Positions 14,464 to 27,107 of a DNA stretch of 64,000 nucleotides are shown in pieces (within the stretch, counting starts at the first letter, position 1; each line of letters starts with the position of its first letter). Source of the stretch: Octopus vulgaris (lineage: Eukaryota). The stretch is from assembly GCA_951406725.2 (NCBI GenBank), contig OX597837.1:20026001-20090000 (forward strand). The letters are read 5' to 3'. Below the pieces are notes generated by a model. It saw only the letters and a program-made list of their open reading frames with translations, made no database searches and was not told the DNA's origin. The position numbers and the translations under genes were made by a program.

Positions 14464-15338
14464 TGAACAGATAATAATAGCATGCATTACAACTACATAA
14501 TATTATTCAAAGTATTTATGTGTTTGAGATCCAATTAATAAAAAATTTCATATCCTAACAAAAGTTTATAAATTCTTATGCCGTCAACAATATGTGTGTG
14601 TGCGTGTGTGTGTATGTGCTTATGTGTATGGGTGTATGTGCGTGTTTGTGTAATCATCTGGGTAATAATCATAAGTGTGCTTTTCAAAGCACCTCCACGG
14701 GAACCGGCGACGATATGCTGTCATGAAGCAGGGATTGGGTCTCCGTTTATTAGATATACATGTGGAAATCCGTTAATATGCGCAGAATTCATTCAAAAAC
14801 ACTATAATACAAGTAGATGGAATGCAAGGCTTTAATCCAAATCACTCAATTTGTTTCTGTAATGTTTGACATATTATACACATTATCATATAATATGATC
14901 CTACGGATACCAAGTAGTTACACCTGTCGTACCTTATGACTTTTTATGGTTTATATGCTCCTCGAGAGATAATTCCATCGATTGGATCTCCTGAATTTCA
15001 ATTGCATAAAACTCTGCATTACACACCTCCATATTGGCTTACTGTGGTATGATAGCCGAATCCGCCAGAGGAGCTTTATGTGATAGTCACAGGATTCTAT
15101 GAATCCATAAACTGCCATACAAATATATACGTATGTATGTATGTACGTGTTTGTATGTATGTGCATGTATGCATATATATATATACACATACTTCACATA
15201 TATATGTAATATGTCTGTGTGCGTGTGTGTATAAAGAAAGAGAGAAGCGAGGAGGAGGAAGCAGACAGTGACTGATAGGTAGAAGAAGAGAGATTTCATG
15301 CACAAGCATAAACGTGCAGCGACGTAAATGAAACGTAT

Positions 15339-15478
15339 GAAAGAAAGAAAGAAAGAAGGAAGGAAAGGAAAGAAAGAAAGAAAGAAAGGAAGAAAGAAAG
15401 AAAGAAAGAAAGAAGGAAGGAAAGGAAAGAAAGAAAGAAAGGAAGAAAGAAAGAAAGAAAGAAAGAAGGAAGGAAGGA

Positions 15479-15509
<31 letters not shown>

Positions 15510-15642
15510 GAAAGAAAGAAAGAAAGAAAGAAAGAAGGAAAGGAAAGAAAGAAAGAAAGAAAAAAGAAAGGAAAGAAGAAAGGGAAGAAAGGAAGGAAAG
15601 AAGAAAGGAAAGAAGAAAGGGAAGAAAGGAGGGAAGGAAGAA
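15339..15642 (+). repeat. ~300 nt pure polypurine tract, degenerate (GAAA)n
   Basis: Direct reading. Confidence 0.95.
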
Positions 15643-16135
15643 CCCACGAAACATGAATGAAATGAAAAGATGAAAGAAAAACAGAGAGAAAAAGAAAATG
15701 ATGGAAGGAATAAAGGAGGAGAGGAATAAAGGAAGGAAGGTAGGAAGGTATACAAGGTGTATGTGGAAAGATCAAAGGCTGAGTGTGTCGGTATTGAATG
15801 GGTGTGGATAATGATGAGTCAGCTTGTATACAGGTGAGAGGATGGTGAGTTAGGCAGGTGTGTTACTAAGGGATCAAATAGGATTGTAGAGGGAAGATGG
15901 GAGGGTGACGATGGTGCTGGAGTAAGCCGTGTGGTTGATGTTGTTGTTGTAATTCTTGGTGGGGGTAGCAGCGGCGGCGGCGGCACTATTGGTAGCGGTG
16001 GTGGCGGAGGCAGTGGTGACGTGTGGGGCGAGGAGTAGTGTGTAGAGTGGCGGATTTGGTGGTTGTGTGCCTTTTGATTATGAAATGAGGGATTATTTAA
16101 GGTGGTGATACTGGGACAAGAGGCTTATACATATA

Positions 16136-16369
16136 CAGTAATCCCTCGCCATATCGCGGTTTACCTATCGCGGTTCATCTATCACGGTTTATTAATTAAG
16201 CTTACGTCGATTCCTCTGTGGTTTTGTTTTGCATTTTTAATGAAATAAATATATATAAATTATAAAGAGAATAAAAAAATATACAGTACTGTACTGTACG
16301 GTTTCTACTTCACGGATTTTCATCTATCGCGGAGGTTTTGGAACACCCGCGATAGTCGAGGGGTTACTG
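16136..16369. mobile_element. Tigger/pogo-like MITE
   Basis: TIRs CAGTAATCCCTCGCCATATCGCGG / CCGCGATAGTCGAGGGGTTACTG with TA on both sides; non-coding, ~234 bp. Confidence 0.85.
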
Positions 16370-16446
16370 TATATGTATGTGTATATATATATACATATAT
16401 ACACATGTGTGTGTGCGTGCGTGCGTGTGTGCATATGTGTGTGTGC

Positions 16447-16491
<45 letters not shown>

Positions 16492-16699
16492 TTTATGTAT
16501 TATATATTGCATATATATGTGCAATGGTATTACAAGTTCGAAAATACTTTCACTTCATACATATATATGATATATTACGTATATATATATATGTGTGTGT
16601 GTGTGTATGTATGTATGTATATATATATACATATATGTATGTACTATATATTACATATATATATGATATATTATATACTCTGTGTATTATATAATGTGT

Positions 16700-17650
16700 A
16701 TATACTGGGTATATACCGCATAATTATTGCGGCTGTTTTTCAACAAATTTTATTCAACAAAAACAATAACAATATTGTCTTTTATAATGCTGAAGCCATC
16801 GAGCAGAGATTAAGGGTACCAATCCTCTACTTGAAGACCCGTAGATGGCTTTGATGGCATTAAACAACTGCTGGGGCAGTATAATAACAGCCAGGTTAGC
16901 AAAGTAACAAACACCATGGAGACTGTCAGAGAGACAGCCCTAATGGAGACCAATGAAGAGGGCAGAAGCACCACCAGCAATGAGGATGAGGAAGACGATT
17001 TCTTCAGCCACAGGTCACTGACATCCAAGGCACAGAACTTGGTGAAGACCTGGCTGGAAGCCGTCTCGAAAGAGGTCCTGACTGAAGTCGCCTTTTAGGG
17101 TGAGCAGATCTTGATCGACCTGTTCACCAAGTATAATACCGCCATCTCATACAGTGCTGCAGTTGAGCGCCCATTCTCTATAAGCAAAGATATTTTGAGG
17201 GCTAAAAGCCATCAGATCAGATGGTATTTTGAGAGGCTGATGTTTATAAAGGGCAACCAGCATTACATTGTGATGATGGAGAAGGCCCAGCCAGAGTAGT
17301 AAACCATCATCGTCTGATCTGGGCATGATACCTACGCTATACTGTACCTTTTTGATTTGTTTAATATTTCTTGTACAATAAATAAAGTGAATGTTGACTG
17401 AAAAACTAATGTTTAATTTCATTTGTTCATTTATTTGCGTACACCTTGATTTTTGCAAAGCTCTATGTCTAGCTACCACATGAATAATTCCATCTCTCTA
17501 GGTGTGTTTTTAGAGGTTTTAGAGCCAAAGAACCTAACCGAAATAAATTCATCTGATAAAAGTTAGCGATTATCAGTTAACATTAAGTTCCGCTAATTTT
17601 TTCACTTGTTTAGCGGTTAAGCGTTTGCGAAGCCAAGTTTTTTTAGCTGT
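16700..17650 (+). pseudogene. hAT transposase C-terminal remnant
   Basis: ...AF*GEQILIDLFTKYNTAISYSAAVERPFSISKDILRAK..FERLMFIKGN matches the hAT dimerisation motif (P.SSA.VER.FS); stops and frameshifts. Confidence 0.85.
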
Positions 17651-17789
17651 ATGTATCTAGCTGTATGTATATGCATACCACTGTATGTATATACATACCA
17701 CTGTATGTATGTATGTATGTATGTATGTATGTATGTATGTATGTATGTATGTATGTATGTATGTATGTATGTATGTATATATATATTCG

Positions 17790-17965
17790 CCATGATAGAT
17801 CGCTAGCCACTGCACATTCTTTATTTTCTCTCCCCTTTCTGTGTTCCTTTCTGTGGAAGAGCATAGGTTCGAAACGTTAAAGACTTTTTCACCTCCCGAG
17901 CATTAAATTAATACAACTGTTCGCTGATTACATACCCGTCTTCGTCTTTTGTTTTGTTTCCAAAT
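17790..17965 (+). mobile_element. short hammerhead-bearing PLE-terminus element
   Basis: CTTT-CTGTGGA-A-GAGC(ATAG)GTTC-GAAAC-GT-T-AAAG at 17847-17882, then the family tail CCCGAGCATTAAATTAATACA...CTTCGTCTTTTG. Confidence 0.7.
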
Positions 17966-17981
17966 GTGTGTGTGTGTGTGT

Positions 17982-18560
17982 GTGATGGACTCTCCCGTTG
18001 GTTTAACGTATGAAGATCCGACAACCTACACTTCCTTAATCATTCATAATGTTTATATCGAACGTGACATTAGCATCACACCAACGATTTACAAAAGACC
18101 CCGCAGATATGACAGGAATAAGGATTACGAGTCAGTGCAGATGGTATATTTGCAGCTGATTTTCTTCTTCGCCTTGCACCCATAAGTCTGTTAATGCTGG
18201 TTGAAGCACAGTCTCTTATACCATTTTGACTCGAGGATCTCCATTTCGTTCACTGCAGGACTGTTTGCTCAAAGGTGTCGTTAGCTATACTGACCGCTGA
18301 GAGATTACTCTTCAGCTTGTTCTTATATCTGAACCATGATCGACCAACTTTCCAACTCGCTGTACATGAGAACTTTGGGTTTTCTTTTGTCACTCATTAT
18401 GACGACATGACCAGCCCAGCGCAATTGCGACTGCTTAAGAAAACTTTCGATTCCACCAATCTTACACATGCTAAACAGGTCGACGTTAAACACTCTGTCT
18501 TTTAGTGAATAACTAGAGTGTCCTGCGACAGTCTTTGTGGAAGACGTCTGGCTGGTTAAT
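17982..18560 (-). pseudogene. RTE-clade LINE 3' fragment
   Basis: Minus translation ...DRVFNVDLFSMCKIGGIESFLKQSQLRWAGHVVIMSDKRKPKVLMYSEL (RTE QLRWAGHV motif), C-terminal CHICG..C2H2-like finger, and 3' tail ...CGGGAGAGTCCATCACAC. Confidence 0.85.
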
Positions 18561-18567
18561 ATGCCAA

Positions 18568-18667
<100 letters not shown>

Positions 18668-18805
18668 CGGAGATGTACTCGCATAGCAAGTAATTTGATC
18701 TGAGATCGTGTGCTGAAACGAAAACAATTGCAGCGTGGGAGGTGTTTATAAGCCATTTAAAAAACACACAAAAGCCGTTCGATTCACTCCAACATTTAAG
18801 TTTAA

Positions 18806-18855
18806 TTTGTCAAAATATTTTCGTCGCTAAAATCCGCGACCTGTTCACTGACAAA
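18806..18855 (-). ncRNA. minimal hammerhead ribozyme fold with swapped G3:C8 core
   Basis: Minus: TTTGTCA-GTGAACA-G-GTCGC(GGATTTTA)GCGAC-GAA-AATATT-T-TGACAAA; 7-bp stem I, 5-bp stem II, palindromic stem III. Confidence 0.65.
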
Positions 18856-19875
18856 GTCCGTGCTGCATCTAAGAAAGTAACAGTTAGTTCGTCATATATA
18901 TGTATGTACGTATGTATGTGTGTATGTATGCATACATATGTGTATGTATGTACGTATTCATGTCCGCACATACGCCTGTGTATGCATGTATGTATGTATG
19001 TATGTATGTATGTATGTATGTATGTATGTATGTATGTATGTATGTATGTGTGTGTATAAGCACGCACATACACTCTATAAAACATAAAGTTATAAACCTG
19101 TAGCGATGGATGGATGTAGAGTGACCACTCATCACAACGCTATCAAATTTCAACTCCCTACGGCCGAGGCTAGAAAGTGAATTTATGACGCTTGCTCACA
19201 AGAACTATACCCTAAAATCTATTATCAGATTTTTATCTCTATATCACAGAACTAATGTTTTACTATTGTTCGTATGTATGTATGTATGTGCGTATGTATG
19301 TATGTATGTATGTATGTATGTATGTATGTATGTATGTATGTATGTATGTATGTATGTATGTATGTATGTACATACGTACGCATGTGCGTATGTATGTATA
19401 CGCGCCCGTATGCATGTGCCCATGTATGTGTGTGTGTACATGTACGTGCGTATGTACGTGTGTATGCCCATACGTAGGTATGTATGTATGTTTGTATTCA
19501 TGTGCTACGTATGTATGTGAGTGTCTAGGAGAATGGGCAGATGTGTCCGTGAGAGTGTGTACATGTGTATGTGTATGTGAACGTATGTCCGTGTACTGGC
19601 ATGTGTCCGTCCAAGTTGTGTACATGACTGTTACTTAGCTGAAGGTTGTATACATATCTACATATATGTTTGTATAGACGCACACACATATATATATGTG
19701 TGTGTGGGTGTGTGTTTGTTCCTCTCATCATCGTCTAACCGTGAATGGGTACAACGCCTAGGTGCAACTGTTCGTATCAAACAACGTCTGCTCATACCGT
19801 TGTATATAACTGCACATACGCATTGCAACCTGTATGTAAGGACTACAGGTGAAAGGGAGAGAGAGAGAGGGGTGG

Positions 19876-20829
19876 TTATAGAATAGTCCTTCTGAATGGG
19901 ATCTGGATGTTATTCCATTCGGACTTTCGGTTGAGAGTAGGTTTGTATTCTTGTATACAAACAGCTTCTGTGACCTGTCTCAACATTGCATCGGTGGGAT
20001 GTGTAGATAGGATGTTCAACTTAAGCTCCCCTAAGGATCCCTTGTGGCAGTCTACAGCATGTTGGTAGAAGATGGAGTTTGGCTTCCTTTCAATGTAGTT
20101 GTCCAGGTGTTCTTTGAACCTATCATTGATGCTTCTAGAGGTCTCACCTATGTATGACTCCGGGTTAGCCGCGCAAGCTCCCTCCTGGCACTTAATCTGG
20201 TATACAGTGCCCTTGGTTTTACAATTTACGTGTGGATTTGTCGAACACACTGCACAATTACTCTGACAGGTGATTCTATCAAATGGATATGATCTGCATA
20301 ATGCCGATTTGATAGTCCTACCTGTCTTTTCTACAACTTTAACTTTTAGGCCCGTAGTGCGCAGGACTTTCTTGAATGCCTTACTTAGCTCGTTCATAGG
20401 TGTGGCGTCAACGAACATCACTCCGTGAAATCTCCTGTTATCGTACCAAGTAACGTTTCTCATCTTCTTGTTGGTGTCCCTCTCTAACCTATTCCAGAAC
20501 TTGTTGCGGTACAGGGGGCATATACCGTTTTCGTCGTTCCCTAGAATGCGTTCGAATCTAGCTTTCGCTCCTTTGTACACCCTGACTCTATCGTCTTGTG
20601 TGTATCCGGAACGTTGCATTCGGAATATGTAGTGCTGGATGTGTTGTTGTCGTTCTTGTGGTTGGCATAGTGGTGATACATTCCTCATTACTCTAACTAA
20701 GTCTGCCACTAGGATGTTGAGTTTGGCAGTATCCGACATAGCTGAGTCACTACGGATTACTAGTGGATTAGCCATCGGTTTCTGATAGTGTGAGTGGAGT
20801 ATACATGGTTTAACGGTACCATTAACCAT
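19876..20829 (-). CDS. 5'-truncated Penelope-like retroelement ORF (RT thumb + GIY-YIG endonuclease), Naiad-like
   Basis: 317 open codons: YQKPMANPLVIRSDSAM..., CQSNCAVC..C, VYQIKC...YIGETSRSINDRFKEH...H...RQVTEAVCI...LNRKSEW; GIY-YIG motifs with catalytic R and E; abuts a (TA)n at its 5' end, so the listed Met is not the true start. Confidence 0.9.
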   Translation of the reverse strand: MVNGTVKPCILHSHYQKPMANPLVIRSDSAMSDTAKLNILVADLVRVMRNVSPLCQPQERQQHIQHYIFRMQRSGYTQDDRVRVYKGAKARFERILGNDENGICPLYRNKFWNRLERDTNKKMRNVTWYDNRRFHGVMFVDATPMNELSKAFKKVLRTTGLKVKVVEKTGRTIKSALCRSYPFDRITCQSNCAVCSTNPHVNCKTKGTVYQIKCQEGACAANPESYIGETSRSINDRFKEHLDNYIERKPNSIFYQHAVDCHKGSLGELKLNILSTHPTDAMLRQVTEAVCIQEYKPTLNRKSEWNNIQIPFRRTIL

Positions 20830-20835
20830 TAACGC

Positions 20836-20890
<55 letters not shown>

Positions 20891-20982
20891 TAAAATAATG
20901 AGGGTAGAAATTGATATCAATCAACACCAATTTAAACCAGTGGTCTACCATATTCAAAAAACTCCGAAAATTTTAAAATTAT

Positions 20983-21152
20983 ATTGCAATTAATAAGAGG
21001 AATGACCACTAAGATGGATTCCTATACACTAGAGATAGACGACAACCCAGGGTTTTTTCTTGAGAACACACTCCTTGAGGTAAGGCGATTTGACGTCTAT
21101 CTCTAGCGTATAGGAATCCATCTTAGTGGTCATTCCTCTTAATAATTGTAAT
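20983..21152. repeat. inverted repeat / hairpin element inside (TA)n
   Basis: Arms TAAGAGGAATGACCACTAAGATGGATTCCTATACACTAGAGATAGACG / CGTCTATCTCTAGCGTATAGGAATCCATCTTAGTGGTCATTCCTCTTA with a ~45-50 bp spacer. Confidence 0.9.
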
Positions 21153-21156
21153 TATA

Positions 21157-21229
<73 letters not shown>

Positions 21230-21231
<2 letters not shown>

Positions 21232-21380
21232 GACGAGCTTCTTTCAGTTTCCGTCTACTAAATCTACTTAAAAGAGTTTGGTCTGCCCCGAGGCTAAAGT
21301 AGAAGATGCTTACCCAAGGTGCCATGCAATGTGACTGAATCCGGAACTATGTGGTTAGAAAGCAAGCTTCTTACCACACG
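21230..21380 (-). mobile_element. SINE family A, 5' half
   Basis: CTTTCAGTTTCCGTCTAC...CCCAAGGTGCCA...TTACCACAC. Confidence 0.8.
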
Positions 21381-21457
21381 ACCGTATGTATGTATGTTTG
21401 TATGTATGTATGTATGTATGTATGTATGTATGTATGTATGTATGTATGTATGTTTAT

Positions 21458-21820
21458 GCTACTGGTAACATGTAACCCAGTACAACCTGTTGCATGATTG
21501 GGTCGTCGGCGACTAAACCGGCAACCGCACCAAGCTTGCTTGGTGAAGAGGGTGTTTATTGGACACTCTGCTGGATGAAAAACAAAACCCGTCAAAGGGC
21601 GGAGGAACTCTTGAGAGTCAACAGCCATCCAATAAATGTCTTAAGGCTGTATCATGCGCGGGGACATAGAAATAATAGGACTGAATACCCGATCGCCCGG
21701 TTAAACCATTGGGAGTGAAGGACTCCTAGCCTTTGTTAAGGCATCCTTCTAGGAGAAGGTAACTCAGGTAATTGGGATAACTCAGACATAAAATCTGCGG
21801 CTCAGTGGTTACCGATGGTG
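21458..21820 (+). mobile_element. structured repeat, RTE-LINE 5' UTR-like (second copy 31781-31955)
   Basis: Shares ACTGGTAACATGTAACCCAGTACAACCT and three hairpins with 31806-31955; contains TCTAGGAGAAGGTAACTC, reminiscent of RTE 5' UTRs (from memory). Confidence 0.5.
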
Positions 21821-22106
21821 TTAACTTGTTCTTCTTTTCGGATTATGGCTGCTGTTGCTTATTGAGTGGGATTGACTCAGTGCACAGCCTTTCCTCACTT
21901 TAAAAAAATCTTCTTGCACAGGCATTGCACGATAACAACATTGATTAAGCTTCGTGCAATGGCCATACTCGATAACGAGGGGGCAGCCACCATGTATGTA
22001 TGTATGTATGTATGTATGTATGTATGTATGTATGTATGTATGTATGTATGTATGTATGTATGTATGTATGTATGTATGCAAGCATGCATATATGTATGTA
22101 TATATA

Positions 22107-22235
22107 CGTAGGCTCGAAACGTAAAAGACTTGTTCTATTTCTATTCCCGAGCGCCATACTAATACATTTGTTTGTTTGTACTCCACCTGCCTTCGTCGAT
22201 TGTTTATTTTCGTAAACCTTCCCGTTATACACACA
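22107..22235 (+). mobile_element. hammerhead-family PLE-terminus element, truncated in stem II
   Basis: CGTAGGCTCGAAACGTAAAAGACT...CCCGAGCGCCATACTAATACA...CCTTCGTC. Confidence 0.7.
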
Positions 22236-22247
22236 TATACCCACACA

Positions 22248-23060
22248 TCGGGGCGGTAAATAAAGTGTCGTCTAAATTACGCAAAAATGAGAATAATACT
22301 GACATCTCATTTTAACAGATTTATTTACCAACATTTCATTAAATATCTTGAAATACTAATGAGTAAATTTATTCAATAAAATTGCCCTTGGCTTCAACCT
22401 CGGCCTCCAAACGACTTCGGATTCTCCGACTACTCTTCTGGATGGTCTCATTGTTTAAGTTGGTGAATGCTGCCATAATCCTTGGCTTCAGTTTGTCTTT
22501 GGTGTTACAAGGAGTTTTGTTGGTCTCTCGCTTAATTGCGTCCCACACATAATAATTAAGGTGGTTCCAGTCTGGGGAGTTAGGTGCCCAGGTGTTAGTG
22601 GTGATCTGGTTGCAGAAATTGTTTGACAGCCATGACTAGGTTCTCCTGCTTGTGCGGCAAGGAGCAGTGTCCTGTTGCCAGGAACCACCCTCTTGACCCA
22701 TGAATGGAAAAAGAATGGAAGTATAACGTCGCCATCACTAGTGATCACTCCAAACAGCATGATGTTGACTGGATGCTTGATTTTTATCACTCCCGATACG
22801 TCCTCAGATTGCACTGTCCTCAGATTGACACTTAAACACTCTGAAATATTCGTATTGGAGCTTCAGGGCCGAATGCCAAGCAGTACAGCATGTCGTTTCT
22901 AAATTTTTGGCTGAATGAATTGCATCATGGTGTTGTTTTGTCTCAGAGGCAGTGCCCAGTTGACCCTACAATACTGTGGAGTTAACAAAATGAAGAACAA
23001 TCAATGCGCAAGCGCGAAATTAAAAATATAATATGGTGACAATTTACCCATCGCACGCTG
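22248..23060 (-). mobile_element. Tc1/mariner DD37D (maT-like) deletion derivative
   Basis: Minus: MLFGVITSDG...WQQDTAPC-(37 aa spacing)-WAPNSPDWNHLNYYVW; imperfect ~27 bp TIRs; sister copy at 59631-60493. Confidence 0.85.
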
Positions 23061-23108
<48 letters not shown>

Positions 23109-23130
23109 TGTGTGCGTGTGCAAGCGTATG

Positions 23131-23200
<70 letters not shown>

Positions 23201-23717
23201 TGTATGTGTATGTGTATGTGTATGTGTATGAGTGTGTGTGCGCGCGTACATACACACAAACAAACACATTTTTAAATAGCAATTGTCAATGCAGGATCTC
23301 GAAACATTGAAAGTGTTTAAAATCTTGATGTAAACACCGGAAGCAGACACACACACACACATACACACACAAATACACTCATACAGACGCATTCACTAAA
23401 ACACACGCTGCACCCACATAACTGTCTTCAGTTAGTATGCGTGTGTCTATACTTGTGTGTACACTTTTGCAGCCATGTATGCGTATGTGGGTGTATCTGC
23501 CTAACACACGATACATTTTTTTTCACAACTGAGCGCGTTAGTTGTTACACGTGTCACAACCCATACGTACGAGCATACTTATACATAACTACAAACATAC
23601 CTACATACATACATACATACATACATACATACATACATACATACATGTGTATGTGAGTGTGTATATATATGTATATATATATATCTATATCTACATATAT
23701 ATACATACATACATACA

Positions 23718-23753
<36 letters not shown>

Positions 23754-23956
23754 TATACATACATACATATATATATACATGCACACACACATATATATAT
23801 ATATATATGCATACACAGACACACGCACACACATATATATATATGCATACACATACACAATCACATAACATAGATCTATCTCTCTATTTATCTCTCTATC
23901 TTCCTATACTTCTATCTATCTATCTCTATCTATCTACACACACACACACATACACG

Positions 23957-23995
<39 letters not shown>

Positions 23996-24829
23996 CCATG
24001 TATATAAATCTAAACATACGCGTATATACGAAGTATGTACGTGTAGTTTTGCGTTGTATCTTGCATAGAGATGAATGAAACGTAGACATACATACATACA
24101 ATCATACATATATACGTATGCAAGCTTTCATATACACACATGTGTTCGTATATATATATATAGAGAGAGAGATGTATATATATATATATATATACATATG
24201 CATACAAACACACACAAAAATGTATGTATATTTATATATATATATATATATATATACTTCAATACATACATATATATAAAGATACATATATACATTCATT
24301 TATATATATACACGCTTACAAAAACAAACCTACACAGATTCACTAACAAGCATACAGACGCGCGCTCGCACACTTATACGTTGTGCATTTACGAGAGAAC
24401 GCGAAAGAAAGGAAGAATGGTGTGAAGCGAGTCGGAACCAGGCAGATCAAGTTTCGAATGTCCTTGGAATGTTACATCAGAGTCATGCGGTGAACGTGTG
24501 TCAGAATACATCAGCTCTGAACGACTGTCATCTTAAGTCATGAAGACAATGTACTGTCATGCTTTTAACGAAACACACACGCACATATACACGCATGCAC
24601 GCACACTCACATACATACATACACACAGAGGCACGCGGACAGAAAAACAGTAAAGAAACCTGAACAAATAAACAAGCAAATGATAAAAACATAAACAGAC
24701 GGAGAAAATAAAGAAGAAACGAGGAGATGCGATAAACATGTAAGGAAAACAAAAACAAGGAAAATATAAGAATAAAATGAAGGCGTTTAAAACAAAGAAA
24801 TATAAATAAAAAAAATGGATTAAAAGACG

Positions 24830-25238
24830 ACACACATACACAGTGTGTGTGTGCGTGTGTGTGTGCGTGTGTGTGTGTGCGTGTGTGTGTGTTGTGTATG
24901 TATATAATGTATTTATGTTATGTATGTGATATGTGTAATGATTTATGTATGCATTATGTCTGTCTGTATGTATGTCATGTTTGTATCAATATTATGTTAT
25001 GTCTCTCTGTATGATGCTTTTTGTGTATGTATGTTATGTATATGTGGGTCTATGTATGTATTTATGTATGTATGTATGCATGTACGTATGTATGTATGTA
25101 TGTATGTATGTACGTATGTATGTATGTATGTATGTATGTATGCATGTATGTATGTATGTATGTATGTATGTATGTATGTATGTATGTATGTATGTATGTA
25201 TGTATGTATGTATGTATGTATGTATGTATGTATGTATG

Positions 25239-25273
<35 letters not shown>

Positions 25274-25403
25274 TTTCTCTCTCTCTCTCTCTCTGTATAT
25301 ATGAACATATATACATACATACATATAATACATACAAATACTCACATACATACTTGTATACGTATATATCAATGTATATATATATATATGTATACATATA
25401 TAT

Positions 25404-25461
<58 letters not shown>

Positions 25462-25850
25462 GTCTATATTTATATGTATATGTATATATGTATATATATA
25501 TACACACACACAAATATATATAATTATGTGTATAAGTGAGTTGAGTATATGTGTGTATGCATAAATGTATGTACGTATGTGCGTGTGCATATATATATAG
25601 ATAGATAGAGAGAAAGAGAGAGGGAGGGAGAGAGAGGAGAATGAAGGAGGGGGATGTAGGAGGGAAGGCGGGAGGGGAGACAGACAGACACACAGCATAA
25701 TGTCAATGCACGCATGCATGCTTGTATGTATATATGTATGTACGAATGTATGTATGTATGTATGTATGTACGTATGTACGAATGTATGTATGTATGTATG
25801 TACGTATGTACGAATGTATGTATGTATGTATGTGTGCATGTATGCCACGG
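24830..25850. repeat. long compound microsatellite (TG/TATG/TCTA/TA/GA)
   Basis: Direct reading. Confidence 0.95.
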
Positions 25851-25979
25851 CACCAATATATTACATACCATTATGGAGATGTTGGTCTGATAACATGGTT
25901 GTTTAAAGTATTCTTAATCACTGCCTTCCGACTAATTTCATAGCTATTTACTTGATGTTTTAATGTTTTGTTTCTATGA

Positions 25980-26065
<86 letters not shown>

Positions 26066-26668
26066 GCCGCTGCTGCTGCTACAACTACTCCATCACCATC
26101 GAACTGAACTTTTAATGGCTGTGTATTTCAGCCTACAGTTTTAACCCCAAAACGTGGCTGCGTGGTTACAAAACGTACTGTGCCATCCACATGGCCATGG
26201 GTTCAATTCCACTGTATGCCACCTTGGGTAACTGCCTTCCACTTCAATCCAGGCCAACCAAAACATTGTGAGGGGAATATATATACATATATACACACCA
26301 ATAAATGTAAGTCGAATACACATCCAAGGTAAATCCTCATGTTTGACAAGTAGATCCAAATATCATTTAGAAGAATTTCGAGAAATTCAGAATATTTGAC
26401 AACGAAAATAAATAATGAGAAAATCACATCTTTAATTGTAGAATTCACCCTACAAACCGACAACTGTTTCTGTTGTTTTAACACAATATCATTGGAATTA
26501 ATATTTCCAAAATTACATAATAACAAGTTTTGAAGACGATCCAAAATTAGTTAAGTTCAAAGTAATTTTCTCTATACGTATTTGCAGGCCTCAAGAGACA
26601 CATTCATGACCATAGAACATGATCAATGCTTTATTTTACTGAACTCTCATATTTTGTTTAAAAGAGAA

Positions 26669-26721
<53 letters not shown>

Positions 26722-26799
26722 ATATATCTTATATTCCTTCCCATAACTTTATTTCTTATGTTCCTGCCGTAAGGCTTCTCTTCCATACACGCCAGTTCA

Positions 26800-27107
26800 A
26801 TTTAATTCGTCCTTAGTCGAAAGACACCTGTTGTTAATGTCCAGTTGTTTGTATTTGTAACTGTGTACCATTTCTCCGTTTTTTTTTTCGTCCTTGTTAT
26901 CGTATACATTTGCTTGCTTTCTTCCAAGGAGTCTAGTGCTCTCAACTTAGATTTTCGGCCAGATTGGAGCAGTCTCGATTGTAACCGGCCGAAACTGCAA
27001 TGATGACCTGGTACTCGACTGAGGATAGGAAGGTCCGAATGACCTGTCCTTTTTTGTATCGTCTTTCTGTCGCTTGTTACGTTCTTGTTCCACTTTTTGT
27101 TTTCTTC

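Noticed and set aside
14960-15030. IIPSIGSPEFQLHKTL resembling a PLE RT motif
   Set aside because: Too short and unsupported by neighbouring motifs.
15087-15775. Long KE/R-rich and F/L/S-rich ORFs
   Set aside because: Artefacts of the (GAAA)n tract.
19876-20829. Selenoprotein-type recoding in the Naiad-like ORF
   Set aside because: No in-frame TGA in the surviving fragment, and no SECIS could be identified by eye.
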